NCBI GenBank assembly: GCA_965247655.1
Contig: OZ252032.1
Span: 1,477,101 to 1,541,100, forward strand
Source: Candidatus Poribacteria bacterium
Lineage (GTDB): Bacteria > Poribacteria > WGA-4E > PCPOR2b
Direction: 5' to 3'
DNA: 64,000 bases
Shown: positions 9,201-18,452 of the stretch, in pieces
Position numbering within the stretch: position 1 is the stretch's first letter
How the letters are laid out: each line of letters opens with the position of its first letter
Position numbers and translations under genes: made by a program
Notes under the pieces: model-generated
Seen by the model: the letters and a program-made list of their open reading frames with translations, nothing else
Told to the model about the DNA's origin: nothing
The model's database searches: none

Positions 9201-10427
9201 TCAGTTACCGCGCCCTAAAGGACGGGGCTTGTTTGTCCGCCCAATGGGTCTTACCGAGTTCCGCGCTTCTGTCCCCTGACGGGGGGTTTCGGGGTCGTTG
9301 ACTACCGACACACCTCCACGCAAGGCTACAGCAGCCTTTTTAATGTTTATCGCAGCGTTATAATCTCTATCCAATACTAACCTACAGTGTCGACAGTCAT
9401 GGACACGCTCTGATAACGATTTCGGTACAACTGAATCACAACCTGAGCATTTCTGACTGGTGTGCTTGGGGTCAACTTGCGTCAACGTCAAGCCAGCGTT
9501 TGCAGCTTTGCTTTGAAGTCTTAATCGAAAGTTACCCCAGCCAGCGTCGGATATGCTCTTAGATAGGTGCTTATTCTTTACCATGTTCTTGATTTTGAGG
9601 TCTTCTACAGCGACTTCTTCGCATTGGGAGAACAACCAATGAGCGGTCTTACCATGAAAATCACGGCGTTGATTGCCGATATGTTCATGTATCTTGGCAA
9701 CATGCGATCGTTGTTTCTCATAGCGGACACTGCCTTTTTCACGACGGGACAATATCCGTTGCGCTTTACCAAGGTCCTTTTCTGACCGGTGGAAGTGTCG
9801 AGGGTTATCGACTTTATCACCATCTGAGGTGGTTAAAAACGACAAAAGCCCAACGTCAATACCTATTGTGGTTTCAACGGGAATCTCAACAGGATCTGCA
9901 ATCTCAACGACTATGCACATATACCACCCGCTCGCTTTGCGCCGTACCGTCAACGTCTTAATTCTTCCGTCGGGCAACGGCCGGTGGTAATGGATTTTAA
10001 CATGACCAATTTTCGGCACGACGACTCGCGCTGTCCGCTTACCAATAGCGCATACCAGCTGTTTCGCCAAGTGCCTAAACGTCATTGACCGATACCGACC
10101 GGCACCTTTGAAGCGGGGAAAGCCGGGTTTGTCGCCCTTCTTCCCACGGCGAAAAAACGCTTGGTAGGCTTTGTCTAATCGGTCAATCGTATCCTGCAAA
10201 ACGTCAATATGAAGCGAGGCGACTCTGTCTGATTCTTGGCGAAAGGACGTTAACGCTTTTTCTTGCGTTGATTTCTTAACGGGCTGACCGGTCCGTTCGT
10301 AGGTCTCCTTACGCCATGCAAGGGCTTGATTATACAAGTTGCGAAGGATTTCAAGCCATGCGACCAGTTTATTGCCTTGCTTGACTGTTGGATAGGCTCT
10401 GTATTCATAAGTCTTTTTCATAATCAA
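9201..10427 (-). CDS. tnpB: TnpB (IS200/IS605-family OrfB; RuvC-like RNA-guided-nuclease family)
   Basis: The N-terminus is YEYRAYPTVKQGNKLVAWLEILRNLYNQALAWRKETY. The RuvC-I Asp lies in IGIDVGL. The zinc finger is CSGCDS…CRHC, followed by the RuvC-III motif DRDYNAAINI. Confidence 0.85.
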   Translation of the reverse strand: MIMKKTYEYRAYPTVKQGNKLVAWLEILRNLYNQALAWRKETYERTGQPVKKSTQEKALTSFRQESDRVASLHIDVLQDTIDRLDKAYQAFFRRGKKGDKPGFPRFKGAGRYRSMTFRHLAKQLVCAIGKRTARVVVPKIGHVKIHYHRPLPDGRIKTLTVRRKASGWYMCIVVEIADPVEIPVETTIGIDVGLLSFLTTSDGDKVDNPRHFHRSEKDLGKAQRILSRREKGSVRYEKQRSHVAKIHEHIGNQRRDFHGKTAHWLFSQCEEVAVEDLKIKNMVKNKHLSKSISDAGWGNFRLRLQSKAANAGLTLTQVDPKHTSQKCSGCDSVVPKSLSERVHDCRHCRLVLDRDYNAAINIKKAAVALRGGVSVVNDPETPRQGTEARNSVRPIGRTNKPRPLGRGN

Positions 10428-10455
10428 TGCTTTGAATCAATCAAGAAAGGACGCG

Positions 10456-10493
10456 CAGTTTCCTACCCGCCCTAAAGGACGGGTAGGAAACTG
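10456..10493. repeat. Subterminal left-end hairpin of the IS605-type element (14-bp perfect stem with a CCCTAAAGGA loop)
   Basis: The stem is CAGTTTCCTACCCG paired with CGGGTAGGAAACTG. Confidence 0.7.
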
Positions 10494-10590
10494 CTAAGAA
10501 TTTGGTGAAACGTAATGCGTAATGGGAAAACAAGAACCACGAACTTCAATACACTGCTTGATTCTCGTGTTCTGAGAACGCTTACAATGT

Positions 10591-11640
10591 TTAATTCTGC
10601 TGCTCTGGAAATGGAGCGCGGATATCGTAACGCCCTTCTACAAATACAGGCAACATGCCGCCTTCAACCATCAAATCTAGTGGATTGGGACGCGTAGTTA
10701 GTGGAAACTTGACGACATCCTTAATCCGCAGAGACTCGTAAATCGCCATCAGAATTGCCATAGTGGTAGCGGCGTGTCTCCCTGCGTTACGATGTTCTTC
10801 AATCTCTCCATCAAGCCACGCAATCATTTCTTCAAACTGAGTTGGTTCACTTTGACGCGGCGTGATGGTCTGCCAACCAGCGACCTTGCTATTGAGCAGC
10901 TCAATTGTTCCATCTGCGCCCCGCCGGAGTTGACCATCGCTCCCGTAAACAGCATCGCCACGCAGTCCAGGATCGGGGAGATCGCTCTCATAAATTCCGC
11001 GGATGCCGCCTTCAAAGCAGATTTCGCCCATGCAAACGTCTTCACAACGCACCCGCCGTTCCCACTTATCTGTCCGACGCGAGACCTGTCCAATTAACCA
11101 CAACGGTTCCGGATCACCGAGGATGTAACGCATCTCATCAATTTCGTGCGTACCTCGATTAAGCAAGCCATATCCATCGCGACGCAACATCGCCTGTGGT
11201 TCACCGATCGCGCCTTCCTGAATGAGCCGCCGTGCCTCGCAATTCTGGGGCATAAAGCGCCGTTGATGCCCGATGACAAGTTTGGTCCCGCTTTTGTCAC
11301 AAGCGTTCATCATGTCCTGCGCTTCACCATAAGAGGCACTCATCGGTTTTTCACCGATAATCCCTGATACCCCTGCCTCGGCAGCGATCAGTGTGAGTTC
11401 TGCACGGACACTCTGCCATGTTGTAATGCTTACAATGTCCAGTGTCTCTTTTTCAAACATTTCATGGACATCAGCATAATGCGTTGGCAGTGAAAGTTCC
11501 CCCGCTAGCTTAGCAGCAGCATCTGCATTCATATCCGCCGCGGTCACAACTTCAGCGCGACCGGTGGTGGGCCAAGCATTGGCGTGAGATCTTCCCATCC
11601 CGCCGCAACCAATAATTCCGACTCTGTATGTTTTAGCCAT
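10591..11640 (-). CDS. Gfo/Idh/MocA-family NAD(P)-dependent oxidoreductase
   Basis: The N-terminal Rossmann motif is RVGIIGCGGMGRSHA, and the EKP motif is present. Confidence 0.85.
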   Translation of the reverse strand: MAKTYRVGIIGCGGMGRSHANAWPTTGRAEVVTAADMNADAAAKLAGELSLPTHYADVHEMFEKETLDIVSITTWQSVRAELTLIAAEAGVSGIIGEKPMSASYGEAQDMMNACDKSGTKLVIGHQRRFMPQNCEARRLIQEGAIGEPQAMLRRDGYGLLNRGTHEIDEMRYILGDPEPLWLIGQVSRRTDKWERRVRCEDVCMGEICFEGGIRGIYESDLPDPGLRGDAVYGSDGQLRRGADGTIELLNSKVAGWQTITPRQSEPTQFEEMIAWLDGEIEEHRNAGRHAATTMAILMAIYESLRIKDVVKFPLTTRPNPLDLMVEGGMLPVFVEGRYDIRAPFPEQQN

Positions 11641-11800
11641 AAATTTTATCTCCTTAAAAATCCGGGGCAGATTGCATTCAATGCTTCAAGTTTGAAGAGT
11701 CGAGACTCAAGTAATAGTGCCTATTATATCAAATTCCAAGAGGTTAATCAATCGGAAATCTGTTATCTACACTGCAATATCTTCTGAATAGCGAAAGTAC

Positions 11801-12646
11801 CTACCAACCTCGTTTAATGTCCGCCCAGGTTGTAGCAAGTTTGCCTGATGCGGAAACGGCGAATAAAATATTCCCTATCCCTGTCTTGAGTTGTATAATC
11901 TCAGTCCCATCTAAGGCAGTGTTGAATATGATCAATTCGTCGATCACGCTTTCACTGAAAGAGTCAAATCTTTCCGGAATCAGTGCGCCAATATGCAGAT
12001 TTCTCTTGGATTCTGGAAACAAAGCTATTCTCTTTTCGCCATCCCGGAGCGCGATCTCCCGCAAGAAACCATCAATATACATCGCAGGGTCGGCCTCATC
12101 ATCTTTGGCAACAGCGACATAATGATGCCACTGATCATCAGGGATACCTTCCACTCCTCGGAACCCACCTCTAAAAAAGAAAAAGAACATATTCTTGAGG
12201 ATCTTGTGAAGTGCGATCCCATAATTCGCCTGCCCCTGCTGACCAAACCCCCAGTTTCCACCCTTTTCCATAATATAAAAAGGTGCTTCAGCAATATCGT
12301 TTGCATCCTGCCGGAGCGGTCTTTTTACCCAGACGGAAATGGTGATGACATCATTGATCTGTAACTTCCTATGGTGCGGCACCTCCAGATACTTGCCCTT
12401 CCCAAAGGCAAATGCGTTGCCGAATTTTCCCTCCACCAACTCTGGACTATTCACCACCTTCGCATGATGCAGGTTACCAGACAGATCTTTCGTTATCTCT
12501 TTCTCAACCTCGTCAAAAAACCACATTGCAACGATATCTTCGGGCTGAATTCGGGCATGACTTACGGGCGTTAACATCAAACTCGTTATCGTTAGAATGA
12601 CGCTTACGCCCAATCTTGTTACGACACTGTCCACTTTTATGCGCAC
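11801..12646 (-). CDS. Secreted LamG-like (concanavalin A-like lectin/glucanase; Laminin_G_3) domain protein
   Basis: The protein has a signal peptide. The sequence DLSGNLHHAKVVNSPELVEGKFGNAFAFGKGKYLEVPHHRKLQINDVITISVWVKRP matches the LamG_3 pattern. Confidence 0.6.
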   Translation of the reverse strand: MRIKVDSVVTRLGVSVILTITSLMLTPVSHARIQPEDIVAMWFFDEVEKEITKDLSGNLHHAKVVNSPELVEGKFGNAFAFGKGKYLEVPHHRKLQINDVITISVWVKRPLRQDANDIAEAPFYIMEKGGNWGFGQQGQANYGIALHKILKNMFFFFFRGGFRGVEGIPDDQWHHYVAVAKDDEADPAMYIDGFLREIALRDGEKRIALFPESKRNLHIGALIPERFDSFSESVIDELIIFNTALDGTEIIQLKTGIGNILFAVSASGKLATTWADIKRGW

Positions 12647-12651
12647 CTATC

Positions 12652-13551
12652 TTAGTCGGACTCTTTCCTTACAATGCACTTACCTGTAGCTTCCAATTTT
12701 AAATCCTCAGCAAGATTTCCTTGGTTAATGGCAACCTCAAAAACCCCACCACTCCCAAACAACCCAGCACCAGAACCGACCGGCACATCCCCATAAGCTT
12801 TGACATATTTGCAGAGGACTTTCTTCCGGTTGCTAAACTCGATCTCAATAGTTTTGCCGCCTTGTATCCCCAATGCCTCGAACAGATCCGGACGTATGTT
12901 CGTGATAACATTTCCATATTCGTCAATCACATCGATCTGCCCGACAATTGTGTCATCAACTATCTTTGCAAACGAAATTGGCAGCTGGACATATTCCTTC
13001 AAAACGGGTCCAATCTTTTCAAACGCAAACCCTTTGGCAAGATGCGCAGCAGCTGGACCAAAAATATCCCGACCGTGAAACGTGCTTGACTGAACATCCT
13101 GACGCATGACATCGCGGTTCGTGATTTCCCGCACCTCTGCGACGCCCATTGAACCGTCGATCAGTGTTAAGAGTCCGTTATCCGGCGCAACAAAATAATT
13201 CCCATTCTTTGTTTTCATTGCGATAGGTTTGCGCTGTGTACCAACCCCCGGATCGATAACGCCAACGAAAACGGTCCCTGTCGGAAATTCTGGTGCAGCT
13301 TTGGCAAGTGTATATGCCCCCTCCTTAATGTCGAACTTTGAAACTCCGTGAGAAATCTCGTCAATTTTCGCTTGTGGGAAAACCTTATACATTGCTCCCT
13401 TCATCGCACCGACGTAAAAATCTTTAAAACCAAAATCGGTTATCATGATGATTAAGCCGTTGGTCTGGGCTCCCATTGTAGTCGGCGTCAAACTGGTAAC
13501 AATCAGAAACATAAGTAGCAGCCAGACGCCATAGCAAAAGCATTTTCTCAT
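12652..13551 (-). CDS. S-adenosyl-L-methionine hydrolase (adenosine-forming)/DUF62 family, the fluorinase/chlorinase-like fold, with an N-terminal signal or transmembrane segment
   Basis: Motifs ITDFGFKDFYVG, TVFVGVIDPGVG and APDNGLLT are present. Confidence 0.65.
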   Translation of the reverse strand: MRKCFCYGVWLLLMFLIVTSLTPTTMGAQTNGLIIMITDFGFKDFYVGAMKGAMYKVFPQAKIDEISHGVSKFDIKEGAYTLAKAAPEFPTGTVFVGVIDPGVGTQRKPIAMKTKNGNYFVAPDNGLLTLIDGSMGVAEVREITNRDVMRQDVQSSTFHGRDIFGPAAAHLAKGFAFEKIGPVLKEYVQLPISFAKIVDDTIVGQIDVIDEYGNVITNIRPDLFEALGIQGGKTIEIEFSNRKKVLCKYVKAYGDVPVGSGAGLFGSGGVFEVAINQGNLAEDLKLEATGKCIVRKESD

Positions 13552-13600
13552 CGTATCGCAATTCCTTTCTACTAACGGTTAAACGATTTATTGGGGATCT

Positions 13601-14140
13601 TTAGCCAGCTTTAGATTCGGCATTTGTATGATGTACGTGGTCAACGCACACATCAATTTTCCCAAGGTTAGAAAGCTGAAAAACGTAGGCATCTTCACGA
13701 TTGTCCATATAATATTTCTCCCGAATAGCAACAATCCGAAACCCAAATTGCCTATAGAGGTGCTGCGCCGATATATTGCTTACTCGCACCTCCAAAGAGA
13801 CACGGTCGCCTCCCAGTTTTCGGATATACGCAAGCGATTCCGCAAATAGATATTTACCAACACCCTGATTTCGATAGTCAGGAGAAACCGCGAAGTTTGC
13901 AATGTGTACATCGTCTTCTACAACCCAGAAATTAATAAACGCAATCGGATTTTGGTGGTGGCGGGTAACGAGAAAGTAAACATAATGGTTCCCCAGCCTC
14001 AACCCCTCGCGAAACGATGCCTCATCCCACGGACAGGAGAATGAACGTTGTTCAATCTCCATCACTGCCGGCAGATCGCTTTCTTTCATGGAGTCAACCT
14101 GAACGTCCGGGAATGGCAGTTTTACTTTAATGCTTTTCAA
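13601..14140 (-). CDS. GNAT N-acetyltransferase (RimI-like)
   Basis: The acetyl-CoA-binding motif RNQGVGKYL and the sequence FGFRIVAIREKYY are present. Confidence 0.75.
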   Translation of the reverse strand: MKSIKVKLPFPDVQVDSMKESDLPAVMEIEQRSFSCPWDEASFREGLRLGNHYVYFLVTRHHQNPIAFINFWVVEDDVHIANFAVSPDYRNQGVGKYLFAESLAYIRKLGGDRVSLEVRVSNISAQHLYRQFGFRIVAIREKYYMDNREDAYVFQLSNLGKIDVCVDHVHHTNAESKAG

Positions 14141-14270
14141 ACTGTGTTTCTCCTCTTTTTTACAGAGGCTTCCCCCGCTTGCTCTGGATTTCCATCCACT
14201 TCTTTCCGTTCTTGATCAACCTATGACCATCTGTTATAATACCTAATACCCAATTTAAGGAGATGAACGA

Positions 14271-15368
14271 ATGTCCGATTTCAAACCTGTCAAGACAGTC
14301 ATTGTCGGCTGCGGTATGATCGCGAGCAGAGGTTATCAGCCACGGTGCCAAGCCTATCCGCACAAAATTGAACTTGTCGGCTATTACGACCAAGATGTTT
14401 CTCGTGCGAAAGAACTCGCCCAAAATGATGGCGGAAAAGTTTATAAATCCTTCGACGATGTTCTGAATGAGCCCAATGTTGAAGCAATTATCAACTTAAC
14501 AATTCACACAGGACACTACCCGGTATCATTGGCAGGACTCGCAGCGGGCAAGCACGTTTATTCAGAAAAACCCGTCGCCTTACGTATTGAAGAAGCAGAT
14601 CAGTTGGTCGAAACCGCAGACGCCATGGGAGTTAAATTTGCATGTGCGCCGGTGGCGATGCTCGGTCATGTCCAGCAAAACGTCTGGAAACGCATCCGCG
14701 AAGGGGAAATTGGCGAAGTAGTTTCCGCTATTGGAAACTTTGGCGGACCGGTCGAGTATTGGCATCCGACCGCCGATGCTTTTATGCAGAAAGGCGTGGG
14801 ACCGTTCAAGGATGTTGCACCCTATCCGCTGACTGCGATGACGACGATGATTGGTCCCGTCAAACGGGTCTACGGTTTGGCTCGGATCACCATTCCGGAA
14901 CGGATGTTACACGCAGGTCCACGCGCAGGAACGCACTACCAAGTCACCGAAAAAGACCACGGCTTCGGCCTACTTGAATTTGAAAGCAGTGCTTACGGGT
15001 TACTCTACCACAGTTGGACCGCCAGATCAGAAATTCCACCCTACGAAATTCATGGCACGAAAGGTGTTTTCTCAATCCAAGCGCATGACGATGGGCGCGG
15101 AATTCGCAAACGCACACCTATGGGCGATTGGGAAATTGAGGCTTCCCCGGCAGACGCGTACGAGGGTTTAGACTGGGGCAAGGGACCTTCCGATTTTGCA
15201 GATGCAATTCGGAATGATCGACCCGTGCGGTGTTCAGGGAAACACGCCCGGCATGTGCTGGAAATCTGCGAGCGCATCTTTGAATCTGCCGACAAAGGGG
15301 TCCCAGTTGATGTCATCAGTCGGTTCCCTGCACCCGTACCTGTGGGTCAGCCCCTACCGTGGAGGTAA
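14271..15368 (+). CDS. Gfo/Idh/MocA-family oxidoreductase
   Basis: Motifs VIVGCGMIASRGY and HVYSEKP are present, and an RBS AAGGAG lies upstream. Confidence 0.85.
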   Translation: MSDFKPVKTVIVGCGMIASRGYQPRCQAYPHKIELVGYYDQDVSRAKELAQNDGGKVYKSFDDVLNEPNVEAIINLTIHTGHYPVSLAGLAAGKHVYSEKPVALRIEEADQLVETADAMGVKFACAPVAMLGHVQQNVWKRIREGEIGEVVSAIGNFGGPVEYWHPTADAFMQKGVGPFKDVAPYPLTAMTTMIGPVKRVYGLARITIPERMLHAGPRAGTHYQVTEKDHGFGLLEFESSAYGLLYHSWTARSEIPPYEIHGTKGVFSIQAHDDGRGIRKRTPMGDWEIEASPADAYEGLDWGKGPSDFADAIRNDRPVRCSGKHARHVLEICERIFESADKGVPVDVISRFPAPVPVGQPLPWR

Positions 15369-15375
15369 GAGGCCT

Positions 15376-16386
15376 CTAATTTCTTCTTTTTCGAGCGAAC
15401 TCCTGTAAATCAACAACTGTATCTGTTTCATCAACAAGTTCACCTGTCAGGACTTCCAGCACATCTTCAAGCGTTACTACCCCGGACACACCCCCATATT
15501 CATCAACAACAACGGCTAAATGCTGGCGAGCCTGCTGAAATATTGACAAAAGCTGATTGGCACGCTTCCGTCCAAGTACAAAATGCACCTCATGAGAAAA
15601 AATTGAGATTGATTGATTCAATTTTCCTTGGATGATCGCTGCCAGTAATTCGTTCTTCAGAGCAACTCCAATGACCTGATCCTGTGTTTCTCCAATCACA
15701 ATAATTCGGCTATGCTGAGAAGCCAGAATGTCCTCTTTTGCCTCGGCGAGCGTTAAGTCACCTTTTAGGTATGTCATCACCACTCTTGGTGTCATTAGAT
15801 CGGCAGCCGTCATGTCGTTCAAATTAAATATTTTTCGGATCATTTCAAATTCATCATCCTCAATCGTTCCTGCTTCCTGTCCCATTTTTGCCAGTAACTT
15901 TATCTCTGCCTCATCCGTTGTGAAACTGTTACCACCTGCCGTTAAAGGGTTGGTAATTTTTTCAATGCACCATATCAAGGGGGTTAAAATTCGGGTCAAT
16001 CCGGCGACGGGCCTAGCAATAACTAGAGCAATCTGGTCTGAATATCGATCGCCCAACGTTTTGGGGATAATTTCCGAGAAGAGGATCACCAAGAAGGTGA
16101 GTATCCCTGAAACTAAGCCCAACCATTGGCTTCCCAAAACCTCCCTAGCTATAAAGCCCACGACAATCGTTCCAACAATATTAGCGATATTGTTGAGGAT
16201 AACAATGGTTGCGATAGGGCGATTCATCCGCTCGCGGATGGACAACAAGGCTAGTGCTTCGGGCCGTTTTGATTGAGCCATTCGTCGAACTTTAACCAGC
16301 CTAACCGAAAACAGCGCCGCCTCAGATCCGGAACAGATAGCAGAAGAAAGTAAGACAATTCCAATAGCTATAACCAGCTTCAACAT
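15376..16386 (-). CDS. HlyC/CorC (CNNM) family transporter, with DUF21 transmembrane, CBS-pair and CorC_HlyC domains
   Basis: The N-terminus carries transmembrane helices. The CBS region is TPRVVMTYLKGD…IIVIGETQDQVIGVA. The C-terminus is GGVSGVVTLEDVLEVLTGEL. Confidence 0.8.
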   Translation of the reverse strand: MLKLVIAIGIVLLSSAICSGSEAALFSVRLVKVRRMAQSKRPEALALLSIRERMNRPIATIVILNNIANIVGTIVVGFIAREVLGSQWLGLVSGILTFLVILFSEIIPKTLGDRYSDQIALVIARPVAGLTRILTPLIWCIEKITNPLTAGGNSFTTDEAEIKLLAKMGQEAGTIEDDEFEMIRKIFNLNDMTAADLMTPRVVMTYLKGDLTLAEAKEDILASQHSRIIVIGETQDQVIGVALKNELLAAIIQGKLNQSISIFSHEVHFVLGRKRANQLLSIFQQARQHLAVVVDEYGGVSGVVTLEDVLEVLTGELVDETDTVVDLQEFARKRRN

Positions 16387-16602
16387 TGGATTTTCCTTTT
16401 ATTTAACCGTTCGGGGTGCCTTTTTGTTTGGATTAATTTAGCGGTTCATTGTAGCATTTACCATTCATAGTGTCAATCCCGAAATAGATTGAGTAGAAAT
16501 TTACGAAGCTGCTGAGAAGTTCTTATCCTCATTTGCATATTGCTATCAATTGAAAGTGAACACCACACCGATATTGGGAAATAAAAGTTAGGAGAACCAC
16601 TA

Positions 16603-18267
16603 ATGCAAACACTATTATGCCGAAAAGTGCCTACCGAAGACAGAGCGAATCTTGCCACAGATGTTTATCTCCCCGACGGTCCGGGGCCATTTCCCACTGT
16701 TATTGTCCGTACCCCCTACCATCGCGTAGGTCTTCAAGGTACAGCACACCAATTCACCGACCGGGGTTATGCGTTTGTCGCACAAGACTGCCGTGGCAAG
16801 TATGACTCCGACGGTGTTTTTGTCCCACTGGTTGACGAGGCTCGCGACGGACAAACGACGTTAGATTGGACGGCAAATCAGAGATGGTGCAACGGCCGGA
16901 TAGGGTTGTGGGGACGCAGCTATCTCGGAATCGTTCAAGTACCGGCGGCGAGTGGTGGTCATGAGGCACTGCGTTGTATCGCTCCTTCTGTCGCCCCCGG
17001 TTCATTCTTCCGTGACTGGATTCGCTACGATGGCTGCTTCGCACTCGGCAATGCCATTCGATGGTCTCTGACACACGCTTCTTGCCGCAATCAACCACCG
17101 ATGGTCCACTTCTCATGGAATGAACTTAACCACCTGGCTAATCCTGAGACGATTGCCGGTCAAGTTGGCTTTGAGACACCCGTTTTGTCGGATTGGGCAG
17201 CCCACGATCATTATGATAACTATTGGGAATCAATCGACCAATGCTTGATGCATCCACAGATCAAGGTGCCAGGATTTCATGCCGGGGGCTGGTTCGACCA
17301 TCTCACACGGGGGCAGTTTGAGGCTTACCAAAACATCCGTGACAACGGTGCAACAGAATTAGCACAAAGTGGGCAACGTCTTCTCATCGGACCGTGGGGG
17401 CATGGAAATATTGGAAACACGGGACCAGACCATTGTCGTTACGGTGACTGGGATTTGGGAACGGAAGCAGATCTGCCGGTCCTTGCACATGAACTTCAGT
17501 TTCTTGATTTTCACCTAAAAGAAATAGACAACGGTTACACAAGCCAACCACCTGTAAAAGTGTTTTTGATGGGAGATAACCGATGGATTTTCTTGCGAGA
17601 TTGGCCCCCGCCAGAGGCAACGACACAATCGTGGCATCTCAAATCAGGTGGTAGCGCAAACATGGGAACTGGTGACGGGTTACTAACACAAGAACCCTCG
17701 GATAGAAGTGTTGGTGATAGTTATGTGTACAATCCACGGGAACCTGTTCCGACACGCGGAGGACCCACCTACTGGGGGCTTGAACATCTCGGTCCAGTTG
17801 ACCAACGTCCACTGCTTGATCGGTCTGACCTGCTCTTTTATCGAAGTCCAAAACTTGGATCGCCGTTGACCGTAGTCGGCGAAGTTACGCTTGACCTTTG
17901 TGTTTCCAGTGATGCTGTCGATACCGATTTTGTCGCCAAGCTCTGTGTCGAAGAGCCCTCCGGTGCTGTGATCTGTCTAACGATTGGTTCGCTGCGGTGC
18001 CGCTACCGTGAAAGTTGGACGGATCCACAGCCACTCACGTCAGGTGATGTTGCCCGTATCCACTTACAGTTGGGACAGACTGCCTATGTATTTCCAACTG
18101 GCTCGCGGATTTGTCTGCTCATCACTAGCAGCGACTTTCCCCGTATCTTTCCGCATCCAAACACTCTCGCTCCACCGTGGTCAACTACCGAAACAGTTAT
18201 GGCTCGTAACACTGTTCATCACGGCAAAGGAAATCTATCACGTCTGAATCTGCCGGTGATTGAATAG
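16603..18267 (+). CDS. CocE/NonD-family hydrolase (S15 X-Pro dipeptidyl-peptidase-like alpha/beta hydrolase)
   Basis: The sequence is LPDGPGPFPTVIVRTPYHR…AQDCRGKYDSDGVF…GLWGRSYLG. Confidence 0.8.
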   Translation: MQTLLCRKVPTEDRANLATDVYLPDGPGPFPTVIVRTPYHRVGLQGTAHQFTDRGYAFVAQDCRGKYDSDGVFVPLVDEARDGQTTLDWTANQRWCNGRIGLWGRSYLGIVQVPAASGGHEALRCIAPSVAPGSFFRDWIRYDGCFALGNAIRWSLTHASCRNQPPMVHFSWNELNHLANPETIAGQVGFETPVLSDWAAHDHYDNYWESIDQCLMHPQIKVPGFHAGGWFDHLTRGQFEAYQNIRDNGATELAQSGQRLLIGPWGHGNIGNTGPDHCRYGDWDLGTEADLPVLAHELQFLDFHLKEIDNGYTSQPPVKVFLMGDNRWIFLRDWPPPEATTQSWHLKSGGSANMGTGDGLLTQEPSDRSVGDSYVYNPREPVPTRGGPTYWGLEHLGPVDQRPLLDRSDLLFYRSPKLGSPLTVVGEVTLDLCVSSDAVDTDFVAKLCVEEPSGAVICLTIGSLRCRYRESWTDPQPLTSGDVARIHLQLGQTAYVFPTGSRICLLITSSDFPRIFPHPNTLAPPWSTTETVMARNTVHHGKGNLSRLNLPVIE

Positions 18268-18452
18268 TCGGAAAGACAGATCATCTGTGGTATGTATAGG
18301 CGAGTGATCCTGCTAGGCGAGCGATACCAATCAGGGGATAATCATGGAAGGTAACGACTAGATTAGTAGATTAGATTGATGATGCGGAAAGATACCGCTC
18401 AGTGAGCATACTTGAATTGTTCAGGTATCTATTGATAGAATTCCTGCTGATT

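Larger units (their letters stand above)
9190..10511 (-). mobile_element. TnpB-only IS605-family (IS1341-like) element; the exact ends are uncertain
   Basis: The left-end hairpin is at 10456-10493. The CGCCCTAAAGGACGG motif occurs again at 9211-9225 inside the 3' end of tnpB. TTAC motifs lie just outside the left end, at 10512-10520 as read on the minus strand. Confidence 0.5.

Noticed and set aside
15728-16276. A 182-aa plus-strand ORF antisense to the CorC/HlyC transporter gene. The same rejection applies to 12721-13089, 47738-48223, 23280-23744 and 45667-46080.
   Set aside because: These are shadow ORFs lying entirely within well-supported genes on the opposite strand, with no independent motif support.
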